A stretch of 64,000 nucleotides of DNA from an uncultured candidatus Porisulfidus sp. (GTDB lineage Bacteria; Pseudomonadota; Gammaproteobacteria; Poriferisulfidales; Oxydemutatoraceae). How positions within the stretch are numbered: the first letter of the stretch is position 1; every line of letters starts with the position of its first letter. Both the position numbers and the translations under genes were made by a program. Below the pieces are notes generated by a model. The model ran no database searches, was not told where the DNA came from, and worked only from the letters and a program-made list of their open reading frames with translations. The DNA is taken from contig OZ244052.1 in the NCBI GenBank assembly GCA_965215125.1, positions 1,344,001 through 1,408,000 on the forward strand, given 5' to 3'. Shown here piece by piece: positions 53,747 through 62,373 of the stretch.

Positions 53747-54184
53747 ATGCTCGGACACCTAAAAAAACTTTTTGAAAATAAGTCCGAGCAAAAGGCCGAT
53801 GAGTTCGGTGCCGAATTAAGAGCAGCTGCTATTCTATTGATAGAAGTTTGTTATGCCGACTTTGATATACAACAGGATGAACTCAAAGTGGCGGCTTCGT
53901 CACTGGTCTCCTTGTACGGATTGTCGGAGCCTAAGGCGCAAACTCTGCTTGAGCAAACTTTAATCGAACACCAAAAAGTGATTTCGCTTTTTGATTATAC
54001 GAAACTATTGAACGAGCACTTTTCGGTGAAGCAAAAAGAAACTTTGCTGCTCGCTTTGTGGAAAGTTGCACACGCCGATGATCGCGTCGTTGCAAACGAA
54101 GAGCACCGCATTAGAAAACTAGCCGAACAGCTTCATCTGCCGCATAAATCGTTCATCCAAACCAAATTGACCGCCGAGGCCTAG
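53747..54184 (+). CDS. TerB-like domain protein
   Basis: LLIEV..AD and LW.VA.AD...E...IRKLA motifs. Confidence 0.8.
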   Translation: MLGHLKKLFENKSEQKADEFGAELRAAAILLIEVCYADFDIQQDELKVAASSLVSLYGLSEPKAQTLLEQTLIEHQKVISLFDYTKLLNEHFSVKQKETLLLALWKVAHADDRVVANEEHRIRKLAEQLHLPHKSFIQTKLTAEA

Positions 54185-54185
54185 C

Positions 54186-54263
54186 GGGTGGTTATTCCCC
54201 TCCACAGGAGGGGAATAACCACCCCGTCAGGCTGCGCCTGCCACCCCTCCGAAGGAGGGGAAT
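54186..54263 (-). repeat. Unit A copies forming an 18-bp-stem hairpin between convergent genes; probably also acts as a terminator
   Basis: GGGTGGTTATTCCCCTCC-ACA-GGAGGGGAATAACCACCC overlapping an inverted A unit. Confidence 0.85.
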
Positions 54264-54284
54264 AGACATCGTAGTTGCAAGATC

Positions 54285-54884
54285 TTAGCCGTCGTGCGTC
54301 AGCAAATAGAGTGCAACTTCGCTCATTAGATTGGGTAACAAACGGGTGCTTAAGGAAATTTCGTACGAGTGATTGACCCCGGCGCGCGCTTTGCAATGAA
54401 TTTTTTTCTTGTCGCATAGTGCCTCAAAATCCGAGAGCGTGCAGAGATGGACATTTTCGGTTTCGTACCATTGTGCGGGTAACACGGTTGTGACCGGCAT
54501 ATGCCCATGAAATAGTTGCATACGGTTTTTCCAATACCCCATATTATAAAAGGTGATAATCGTCTCCTTAGCAATGCGTAGCATTTCATCCAACACCCGA
54601 TCGGGGTGGCGTACTGCTTGCAATGTTTGGGTCATCAGCACATAATCAAAACTTTGTGCCGAGAAATAATCGTGCCATTGCCCTTCAAGATCGGCTTGTA
54701 TTACATCAACGCCGTTCTCTATGCAATGTGCGATATTGTCGTCGTCTATTTCCAATCCCAGCCCCGATACATTCCTTACTTCGCGCAGATACTTCAACAA
54801 TTCGCCCTGCCCGCAACCTAAATCCAATACTCGCGTATCGGGTTTAATCCAGTTGGCAATTAATTCCCAATCGGCACGCATCAT
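54285..54884 (-). CDS. metW: Methionine biosynthesis protein MetW
   Basis: [26 protein letters not shown]; follows metX. Confidence 0.93.
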   Translation of the reverse strand: MMRADWELIANWIKPDTRVLDLGCGQGELLKYLREVRNVSGLGLEIDDDNIAHCIENGVDVIQADLEGQWHDYFSAQSFDYVLMTQTLQAVRHPDRVLDEMLRIAKETIITFYNMGYWKNRMQLFHGHMPVTTVLPAQWYETENVHLCTLSDFEALCDKKKIHCKARAGVNHSYEISLSTRLLPNLMSEVALYLLTHDG

Positions 54885-56020
54885 AGCCCCGCTGCTATTT
54901 GCTCCATATAGGCCCGCAAAGCCTTATGGTATTGAGGCACCGGCATCAGAAACGAATCGTGTCCGTGGTGTGCTTTGATTCCGCAGTAACTTACACGGCG
55001 ATTTGAATGTACCAGGGCTTTAACTATTTCGTGGGATCGTGTGCTTGAAAAACGCCAATCGGCAGAAAAAGAAACTACCAAGAAACCGCAGCTGGCTTGT
55101 CTAAATGCTTCGCTTAAATCGCCGTCGTATTCCGCTGCCGGGTCGAAATAGTCCAGTGCCTTAGTCATCAATAAATAAGTGTTTGCATCAAAACGGTTGA
55201 CAAAAGACTCACCCTGATAGCGTAGATAACTCTCCACCTGAAACTCAACATCAAATCCGTAATTAAGTTTGGTCGACTTGAGCTCTCGCCCGAACTTCTC
55301 GCGCATCGCATCGTCCGATAGATAGGTGATATGTCCCAACATCCGCGCCAACATCAACCCTTTTTGAGGAATGCCGTCATCGTAATAATTACCACCGTGG
55401 AACGAGGGATCCGACACAATCGCTTGTCTTGCGACTTCGTTGAACGCAATGTTCTGAGCCGACAATTTGGGCGCGGTTGCTATCAGCAAAGCATGTGCCA
55501 CCTTGTCCGGATAATCTATTGCCCACTGCATAGCCTGCATGCCGCCCAAACTACCTCCTACCACCGCTGCCCAGCGAGGTATCTCAAAAGCGGTTCTTAG
55601 CATATCTTGACTATGCACCCAGTCTTTAACGGTAACTATCGGAAAATCGAGCGCATAGTGTTTTCCGGTTTTAGGGTTAATCGTATTAGGTCCGCTGCTA
55701 CCGCTACAGCCGCCTAGATTATTCGGGCAAATAAAGAAAAAACGATTCGTATCAAACGGCTTACCGGGACCTATGCAATTATCCCACCATCCGGGTTTTT
55801 TATCCGCTGTGTTGTGATAGCCGGCAGCGTGCTGGTCGCCCGACAATGCGTGACAAATCAAAACGGCATTAGACCGTGCCGTATTCAACTTGCCATAGGT
55901 CTCATACGCCAAAGTGAACCCGGAAAGCGTATGACCGCAATCTAAAGTTAGGCTTTCGTTAAAATCCATCTGTTGAGATTTTACCAAGCCTACGGAGTTG
56001 GAGTATTTTTTTTCGGACAT
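54881..56020 (-). CDS. metX: Homoserine O-acyltransferase
   Basis: CHALSG, GGSLGGM, FDAN, HGHDSFL. Confidence 0.95.
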   Translation of the reverse strand: MSEKKYSNSVGLVKSQQMDFNESLTLDCGHTLSGFTLAYETYGKLNTARSNAVLICHALSGDQHAAGYHNTADKKPGWWDNCIGPGKPFDTNRFFFICPNNLGGCSGSSGPNTINPKTGKHYALDFPIVTVKDWVHSQDMLRTAFEIPRWAAVVGGSLGGMQAMQWAIDYPDKVAHALLIATAPKLSAQNIAFNEVARQAIVSDPSFHGGNYYDDGIPQKGLMLARMLGHITYLSDDAMREKFGRELKSTKLNYGFDVEFQVESYLRYQGESFVNRFDANTYLLMTKALDYFDPAAEYDGDLSEAFRQASCGFLVVSFSADWRFSSTRSHEIVKALVHSNRRVSYCGIKAHHGHDSFLMPVPQYHKALRAYMEQIAAGL

Positions 56021-56090
56021 TATGCTAAGTAAAGCGACTCGAGACTAAAATTATTATTATATTGTAATAATCCCTAACCTAGAGTATGGA

Positions 56091-57231
56091 TGTACAATGC
56101 CAGATACATATTGGACTCTTTAGAACCTAATCTTTCCACTAGGAAAAGTACTTTTCCTAGTGGAAAAATACCTCTTAAATCAAAGTAGCCGACATGCAAA
56201 ACCAGCACATCGGCTACCGCATTACAGGTTTTTATAAAATAGCCTCTTTTTCCAACAAAACGGAGGCTATGATGGCAACAGATGCCAAACAAAAACTTAA
56301 TGCATTAGAATTTTGGAACAAACACGGCTTAAACGCAACCCAAGACTTTGTCGGGGTGAGCCGTTCCACCCTATACCGCTGGAAAAAGTGCTTTGACGAG
56401 GGCGGTGTATCCGCTTTGCGAGACGCAAGTAAAGCACCTCGGCAGCATCGTCGCCGTAATTGGTCTACTCACATCAGCGATGAGATTAGGCGACTGCGAC
56501 ACAGCTATCCGAATATGGGTGCGCCGAAGATTTATTACTTCTTAAAGCCGTGGTGTGATGCACGCGAACTGCAGTGTCCGAAGCCGCGCACCATTGCACG
56601 GTTGATTGCCGATGCATCCGACAACATGCGCTGTTCGCCCCCTAAACTCTCTAAAAGAAAACACAAATGCAAGACTTCTCAACCACGCAACCGTCTCAGC
56701 AAAGATGCCAAAGCGCAATTTCCCGGACACTGCGTGGCTATGGATACTATCCATTATTTCGTTAATCGAACACGCTATTATCTGTTCACTGCGATTGACC
56801 ACTACAGCCGTTTTGCCGTTGCCATTACCTGCCGACGCGCCCACAGTAAAAATGCTGCGACATTCGCAAGATTGGTGGACACGGTATTCCCCGGCAACCT
56901 CTCTCAAGTACTGACCGACAACGGGAGCGAGTTTGCCGGCGACTTCGAGGCTTATCTACAACGACACAACATTAAACACTGTTATACTTATCCTCGTTGC
57001 CCGAAAATGAATGCCATAGACGAGAGATTTAACCGTACCATTCAGGAGGAGTTTGTAGCACATCATGAGGATATTTTAGTGACCGATTTAGCACAATTTA
57101 ACGACGTATTATTTGAGTATCTCGGGCGGTATAACTTCAGGAGACCGCACCAAAGTCTAGCCTATAAAACACCGGCACAACAGCTTGCTTCCTTTTGTCC
57201 CCATTTGTCCAATATGTCATGGCATCGTACA
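56091..57231 (+). mobile_element. IS481-like insertion sequence with TIRs and a 5-bp target duplication
   Basis: Left end TGTACAATGCCAGATACATATTGGAC; right end GTCCAATATGTCATGGCATCGTACA; ATGGA on both flanks. Confidence 0.9.
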
Positions 57232-57264
57232 ATGGATTTCATCATTTTGAGATATTGTATATAA
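56194..57264 (+). CDS. DDE transposase (HTH plus integrase core), IS481-like
   Basis: SRSTLYRW HTH, MDT, TDNGSEF, ERFNRTIQEE, YNFRRPH. Confidence 0.92.
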   Translation: MQNQHIGYRITGFYKIASFSNKTEAMMATDAKQKLNALEFWNKHGLNATQDFVGVSRSTLYRWKKCFDEGGVSALRDASKAPRQHRRRNWSTHISDEIRRLRHSYPNMGAPKIYYFLKPWCDARELQCPKPRTIARLIADASDNMRCSPPKLSKRKHKCKTSQPRNRLSKDAKAQFPGHCVAMDTIHYFVNRTRYYLFTAIDHYSRFAVAITCRRAHSKNAATFARLVDTVFPGNLSQVLTDNGSEFAGDFEAYLQRHNIKHCYTYPRCPKMNAIDERFNRTIQEEFVAHHEDILVTDLAQFNDVLFEYLGRYNFRRPHQSLAYKTPAQQLASFCPHLSNMSWHRTMDFIILRYCI

Positions 57265-57331
57265 TATCTGCTTTATCGGAATAAATGTAGCAAAAGCTAC
57301 GGTAAGTTAAAATTTTAGACAGGAGAACAAA

Positions 57332-57694
57332 ATGGCTGAAGCAGATCCGTCAAAAACTATAATTCATAAGCAAAGGGAAATACACAGAGATAAAAACGGC
57401 TACCTTCTCAACCCCTTAGATTGGAGTCAGGAAGTAGCGGACATCATTGCTAAAGAAGAAGGTTTGACCATCACCGAAAAGCACATGGATATCATCGTGC
57501 ATTTGCGCGACAGGTTTTTCAACTTTAACGAGGATCAACCTAATACGCGCAATATTCTTAAAGCGATGCAAGCGCAGTGGGGAGACGATAAACTTTCGTC
57601 TAAAGATCTCTACGACCTTTTCCCTCAAGACCCGAGCAAGCAAGGCGGACGTTTTGCAGGATTGCCCGAAAGTCGTCGCAAAGGCGGTTATTGA
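57332..57694 (+). CDS. DsrC/TusE-family protein with no cysteine
   Basis: D..GYL....W...VA..IA..EG, LY.LFP..P.KQ....AGLP; AGGAG RBS. Confidence 0.85.
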   Translation: MAEADPSKTIIHKQREIHRDKNGYLLNPLDWSQEVADIIAKEEGLTITEKHMDIIVHLRDRFFNFNEDQPNTRNILKAMQAQWGDDKLSSKDLYDLFPQDPSKQGGRFAGLPESRRKGGY

Positions 57695-57725
57695 TTGCCG
57701 GATAGTAGGCGTAGATTAGATTGAA

Positions 57726-57802
57726 TGGTAGGCGCGATTGGATTTGAACCAACGACCCCCACTATGTGAAAGTGGTGCTCTAACCAACTGAGCTACGCGC
57801 CT
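57726..57802 (-). tRNA. tRNA-Val, anticodon CAC
   Basis: AGGCGCGTAGCTCAGTTGGTTAGAGCACCACT-TTCACAT-AGTGGGGGTCGTTGGTTCAAATCCAATCGCGCCTACCA; cloverleaf with encoded CCA. Confidence 0.95.
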
Positions 57803-57841
57803 ACGGTGCGATCGGGTGATTAGGGGAACCCGGCCGAATTC

Positions 57842-58168
57842 TTAGATGTTTTGATCTATGAAAGCAACCAGTTGCGAGTGTGTCAACATACCAACTTTGG
57901 TATCTTTGATTTCGCCATCCTTAAATAAAATTAAAGTCGGGATGCCTCTGATGCCGTATTTAGGCGGTGTCTGTTTATTTTCATCCACGTTTAGCTTCAT
58001 AATTTTAATCCGCCCTTGATATGTGTGTGCAATTTCTTCTATCAAAGGAGCGATTGCCTTGCAAGGACCGCACCACTCTGCCCAAAAATCCACTAAAACG
58101 GGTAAATCTGCATCTAATACTTCTTTCTGAAAATTACTGTCATCAGCTTGACCTATATCATTACTCAT
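57842..58168 (-). CDS. trxA: Thioredoxin
   Basis: DFWAEWCGPC, YGIRGIPTL. Confidence 0.97.
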   Translation of the reverse strand: MSNDIGQADDSNFQKEVLDADLPVLVDFWAEWCGPCKAIAPLIEEIAHTYQGRIKIMKLNVDENKQTPPKYGIRGIPTLILFKDGEIKDTKVGMLTHSQLVAFIDQNI

Positions 58169-58375
58169 AATCACCTACTGTTTTAATATTTATAACCTAT
58201 AACGCTATGTTGCGGTTATAGGCTTTATTTTATAGATTGCTCTGCTTGTGGAGAGCAATCTGTGAACATAATGGCACATGATACTTGCATAAACGCGTTA
58301 TGTCTAGGATTTTTTTTATATGAGTCCATCCCTACATATCGTATCGCACATCGTGGTTATGCAGAACAGCACACA

Positions 58376-58498
58376 TTAAACTGCGAGAAAATCGTATTGT
58401 GCTTGATAGGCTTTTAGGTCGCTCAAAAACTTCGCGTAGCGGTCGTTTTGCTTAACGACTGCGACTAAATCTTTAAGCGTAGCACCCGATAATGCCTT
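58376..58498 (-). pseudogene. Diverged duplicate of the last 41 codons of pyrE
   Basis: Encodes KALSGATLKDLVAVVKQNDRYAKFLSDLKAYQAQYDFLAV*, compared with 60152-60274. Confidence 0.9.
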
Positions 58499-58812
58499 GT
58501 CCGTCCTGCAGCATGTCTCCTCCACTTCCTAGGCACTGCATCTACCTAAGCGTTTATCTTATATCAAATAAGCCGAAGTTTAATATATCTGTCCGCCCGA
58601 TAGGTCAATCGGCGGAACAGTTGTACGAAATCTGAATACTATGTCCATTAAAAAATATATCAAGGTTCAATCGGCGGCTTTATTCTGCCCGAAACGCATC
58701 ATGTTTGCACGATGAACGCATTCACCTATTCGTTTTGTGGATATAATATACATGCTGGTTGGCACATGGTAGAAGTGCGCAAGAAATTCATAAACAACTT
58801 ACTGCATAGGAG

Positions 58813-59562
58813 ATGATGATGAACGATCTACAAATCAACGAGGCGAAATCGGGTTACGAGATATACAATGCGAAAGCAAAAAGAAACACAAAGGTAAATA
58901 CGCTTAAGCGATTTTACCCACCACTGCCCGATATGAAATTCTCAATTTTGTATGCCGATCCGCCATGGCATTACAACGGGAAATTACAATTCGATAAAAC
59001 CGCTACCATTGAAAACAATAAAGGCTGGAACAAAGATGTTTTTGTTAGTGCAGCCAACTTTAAGTATCCGACCATCAAAACATCCGACCTTAAGAAACTG
59101 GATATAAAATCAATAGCAGAGAACGACAGTTTATTGTTTATGTGGACAACCAACCCCCATTTGCAACAGGCTATTGAACTCGGAGCAGCATGGGGGTTTG
59201 AATACAAAACAGTTGCCTTTGTGTGGAATAAGATGGTACACAATCCGGGTCAATATACTATGTCTTATTGTGAACTCTGTTTATTGTTCAAGCGGGGGCG
59301 TATTCCTCACCCTAGAGGTGCTAGGAACATTAAACAATTGATTAATTGCCCTAGGAAACAGCATAGTAAAAAACCTATTGAAGTTGCAGAGAATATAGAA
59401 AAGATGTTTCCGGTTCAAAACAAGGTAGAACTTTTTGCTAGAATGAAAAGAGATGGTTGGTACTCTTGGGGTTTAGAAACCACTAGGAGGAATGCAGTTG
59501 CTAGTACAGAAGGTGTTTCAGGTTCTGCTCAAAGTGATTTGTTAGCAGGGCTGGGTCTTTAA
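58813..59562 (+). CDS. MT-A70 family (M.MunI-like) N6-adenine DNA methyltransferase
   Basis: YADPPW, LFMW, WGF.YKT..FVW.K, HSKKP, ELFAR. Confidence 0.9.
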   Translation: MMMNDLQINEAKSGYEIYNAKAKRNTKVNTLKRFYPPLPDMKFSILYADPPWHYNGKLQFDKTATIENNKGWNKDVFVSAANFKYPTIKTSDLKKLDIKSIAENDSLLFMWTTNPHLQQAIELGAAWGFEYKTVAFVWNKMVHNPGQYTMSYCELCLLFKRGRIPHPRGARNIKQLINCPRKQHSKKPIEVAENIEKMFPVQNKVELFARMKRDGWYSWGLETTRRNAVASTEGVSGSAQSDLLAGLGL

Positions 59563-59699
59563 TATCACGCCAAAAGAAATAATGGTGAGAGAATTTGTCA
59601 AACCAACAAGTAATTTCTCTAACCCTGCACGGATCTCTAGTTATATCTCCTTGGAACCCCCCCCAAAAAGGTGTACGGTGCCGAAGTTTTGAGACTATT
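59501..59699 (-). pseudogene. 3' remnant of a MunI-like restriction endonuclease, truncated and frameshifted
   Basis: Minus strand reads PFWGGFQGDITRDPCRVREITCWFD...YFFWR, then after a shift LLTNHFEQNLKHLLY*; resembles the R.MunI C-terminus as I recall it. Confidence 0.7.
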
Positions 59700-59918
59700 T
59701 TAGAGATATTTAATCACTCCGATAATCGCTATACCAATACCCACTAGCTTCCAAGTCATACGCGTTTCTAGCTTTGCTATCTCCGCCTTTAGTTCTGATA
59801 TATCCATTTTAGTTGCTACGTCCTTTGAACTAGCAATATCGGCAACAGCTTCCTTTGCTTCGGCATCGGATACTCCGTTTATTTTTCTTAATGTGTCGTA
59901 AAGTGCTATTTCTGACAT
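59700..59918 (-). CDS. Small coiled-coil protein with C-terminal TM (DUF1640/CCDC90-like)
   Basis: L...G.S..EA, VATK.DI..LK.EI..LE, hydrophobic tail; GGAG RBS. Confidence 0.7.
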   Translation of the reverse strand: MSEIALYDTLRKINGVSDAEAKEAVADIASSKDVATKMDISELKAEIAKLETRMTWKLVGIGIAIIGVIKYL

Positions 59919-60151
59919 CTCTATTTTCTCCTATATAGATATGTGTGAAGTATAACACATATTAAAATTTGGTGACCACGCAGGTGCTCAAGCCACCGGC
60001 GGCCGTCGCCGGGGCGACCTCAAGCCACTCGAAGTCGCCCCGGCACGGCTATTTGCGTTAGAAGCAAAGTTTTTCTGGAGGGTCCGCTCCAATAGATTCG
60101 CCGGTCGAACCGGTAGGTCAATCGGCGCGACATTGTGCAGAACCGCGCACA

Positions 60152-60799
60152 TTAAACATCGGGAAAACCGTATTGTGCTTGATACGCTGTTAGGTCGCTC
60201 AGAAACTTCGTGTAGCGGTCGTTTTTCTTAACGACTGCGACTAAATCTTTAAGCGTGGCAACCGATAATACCTCAATTCCGAATTGTGCTTTCAACTCGG
60301 CAATCGATGATGTATTGCCGCTACCTTTTTCTTGTCTATCAAATGACACGATGAAAGCGACTGCTTTTGCGCCGTGGGATTTGATCAATTTTAACGAGTG
60401 ACGTGCGGCGGTGCCGGCACTCACGACATCGTCGACGATCAGGACGCGTCCCGTTAGCGGTGCGCCTATCAAGTGTCCGCCTTCGCCGTGTGTTTTTTCC
60501 TCCTTGCGATTGAAAGCAAACGGTTTATGTATGCCCTGTTGCTGTAGGCAAATAGCCGTTGCACAGACTAGAGGTATTCCCTTATACGCCGGTCCGAACA
60601 GTATATCAAAATCGATACCCGATTGAACAATCGTGTGAGCGTAGAAGTTTCCGAGTTCCCATAGAGTCTGTCCGTCGTTGAATACGCCGGCGTTAAAAAA
60701 ATAAGGGCTTGTTCTGCCCGATTTCAGTTTGAATTGCCCCAGCTTGATTGCCTCGTGTTCAAGGGCATATTCTATAAAGCGATGCGAGTTATATTTCAT
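60152..60799 (-). CDS. pyrE: Orotate phosphoribosyltransferase
   Basis: LKSGR.SPYFFN, GPAYKGIP, RKE.K.HGEGG, VDDV. Confidence 0.97.
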   Translation of the reverse strand: MKYNSHRFIEYALEHEAIKLGQFKLKSGRTSPYFFNAGVFNDGQTLWELGNFYAHTIVQSGIDFDILFGPAYKGIPLVCATAICLQQQGIHKPFAFNRKEEKTHGEGGHLIGAPLTGRVLIVDDVVSAGTAARHSLKLIKSHGAKAVAFIVSFDRQEKGSGNTSSIAELKAQFGIEVLSVATLKDLVAVVKKNDRYTKFLSDLTAYQAQYGFPDV

Positions 60800-61695
60800 T
60801 GTCCTATATGCGGTTTGACTTTCATACTCATGTCTATTGCGTGTAGATGTTTGCTGAGTGCGCCTATGGAAATATAATCTACCCCATAACTTGCAATGGT
60901 CTTGATGTCTTGAAGTTTTATGTTACCCGATACTTCTACTTTGGCTTTGCCCGAGATTGTCGCGACGGCTTTCGGGATGTCACTCAATGCAAAGTTATCC
61001 AGCATGATGACATCAACCTCCGCAGCAAGTGCTTGCTCTATTTGTAGCAGTGTCCGAACTTCTACTTCTATCATTTTATCGGGTGTGTGCTTGCGTATCG
61101 CAGCGACGGCTCGAGCGACAGACCCGTGCATTGCGATATGGTTGTCTTTTAATAGCACACCGTCGGATAAATCAAGGCGATGATTGATGCCGCCGCCGCA
61201 GACCACGGCGTATTTTTGTGCCAATCTGAGGCCGGGGATGGTTTTGCGGGTATCCGATATGAGCGTGTGGCTCGCTTTGCCTAATTGTGCCACATAGTGC
61301 GCCACGGTGGTCGCAGTCCCCGAGAGTGTCTGCAAGAAATTCAATGCGCATCGTTCTGTGTGCAGTATCGCCGGCAACCGTCCGCTGATGGTGCAGAGCT
61401 GTTGTCCGGCACTGACCGCGTCTCCGTCTTTTGTGTGCCACTCCACCGAGAGATCGGCTTGTATTTGATTAAACACTTCGTCCACCCAAAATTGACCTGC
61501 AATTATTGCAGCTTCGTTGGATACGATTACCGCCTCTCCGGTCGTTTGAGGTTGTGCCACACGCGTGCTGAGGTCTTCTTCCGGCATATCTTCGGCAAGT
61601 GCGGTGCGGACATTATCCTGCACTACTTTATATAGCCATTCGGGGCAGTTTCCGGTGCTGAGATACCGTTCGGATTGTGAGATGATATGTTTCAC
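60796..61695 (-). CDS. nadC: Quinolinate phosphoribosyltransferase
   Basis: ER.ALNFLQ, DTRKT.PG, LKDNH, MLDNF. Confidence 0.96.
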   Translation of the reverse strand: MKHIISQSERYLSTGNCPEWLYKVVQDNVRTALAEDMPEEDLSTRVAQPQTTGEAVIVSNEAAIIAGQFWVDEVFNQIQADLSVEWHTKDGDAVSAGQQLCTISGRLPAILHTERCALNFLQTLSGTATTVAHYVAQLGKASHTLISDTRKTIPGLRLAQKYAVVCGGGINHRLDLSDGVLLKDNHIAMHGSVARAVAAIRKHTPDKMIEVEVRTLLQIEQALAAEVDVIMLDNFALSDIPKAVATISGKAKVEVSGNIKLQDIKTIASYGVDYISIGALSKHLHAIDMSMKVKPHIGQ

Positions 61696-61704
61696 TATGG
61701 TTGC

Positions 61705-62373
61705 TTATGTCGGTGTAGTGGTGTCGGTAAGTAGCGAATTTAATCGTTCCATTGTACCGATATCCACCCATTTTCCTGGATAATATTCGCCGCTAATCAA
61801 ACCGCGCGCGATTGCCGGTTGCAGAACCTGAAGCAACGGCAAGCGTTGCGGCTTCAACCCCTCGAATAAAGCGACGGTGTAATAGCCCATGCCGCTGAAA
61901 GTGAGTCGGGTTGGCGCATCGTCAACTAAGCGGTCATCGGCTATGCCGAAGTCTCCGTCAGGGTTATGCGAGGGATTGTTCACCATAATCAAATGCGCCT
62001 GCATGGGTGCTCGGAGTGTGATCGGATGAATCTGGTAATCCGTATAGACATCGGCATTGATGACGAAGAAAAGGTCGTCGCCTAGCAACGGCAGAGCATT
62101 GACGATGCCGCCGGCGGTTTCCAAAGTGTGCGTCCCTTCGTCCGAATAAACGATGCGCACACCGTAGGCACTACCGTCTTTTAGCGTGTCTTTTATCATT
62201 GCGCCCAAGTGTCCTAAATTGATGACGACATCGGTGATACCGGCGTCTCGTATACGCATCAGATGGTGTTCTATCAAGCACGCACCGTTCACTTCAATCA
62301 GTGCTTTGGGAATACGCTCGGTCAACGGACGCATGCGCATGCCTTGACCTGCCGCCAAGATCATCGCCTTCAT
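61705..62373 (-). CDS. murU: MurNAc-1-phosphate uridylyltransferase
   Basis: ILAAG.G.RMRPLT..PK, LETAGGI, NP.HNP.GDF; follows amgK. Confidence 0.9.
   Translation of the reverse strand: MKAMILAAGQGMRMRPLTERIPKALIEVNGACLIEHHLMRIRDAGITDVVINLGHLGAMIKDTLKDGSAYGVRIVYSDEGTHTLETAGGIVNALPLLGDDLFFVINADVYTDYQIHPITLRAPMQAHLIMVNNPSHNPDGDFGIADDRLVDDAPTRLTFSGMGYYTVALFEGLKPQRLPLLQVLQPAIARGLISGEYYPGKWVDIGTMERLNSLLTDTTTPT

Noticed and set aside
53747-54184. Tellurite resistance or defence locus
   Set aside because: A solitary TerB-like gene in a housekeeping context.
57726-57802. tRNA used as the integration site of the nearby islet
   Set aside because: No duplicated tRNA 3' end found; the duplication involves pyrE instead.
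58196-58261. Two hairpins upstream of trxA as a riboswitch or sRNA
   Set aside because: They are real inverted repeats but show no recognisable family features; terminators or operator sites are equally likely.
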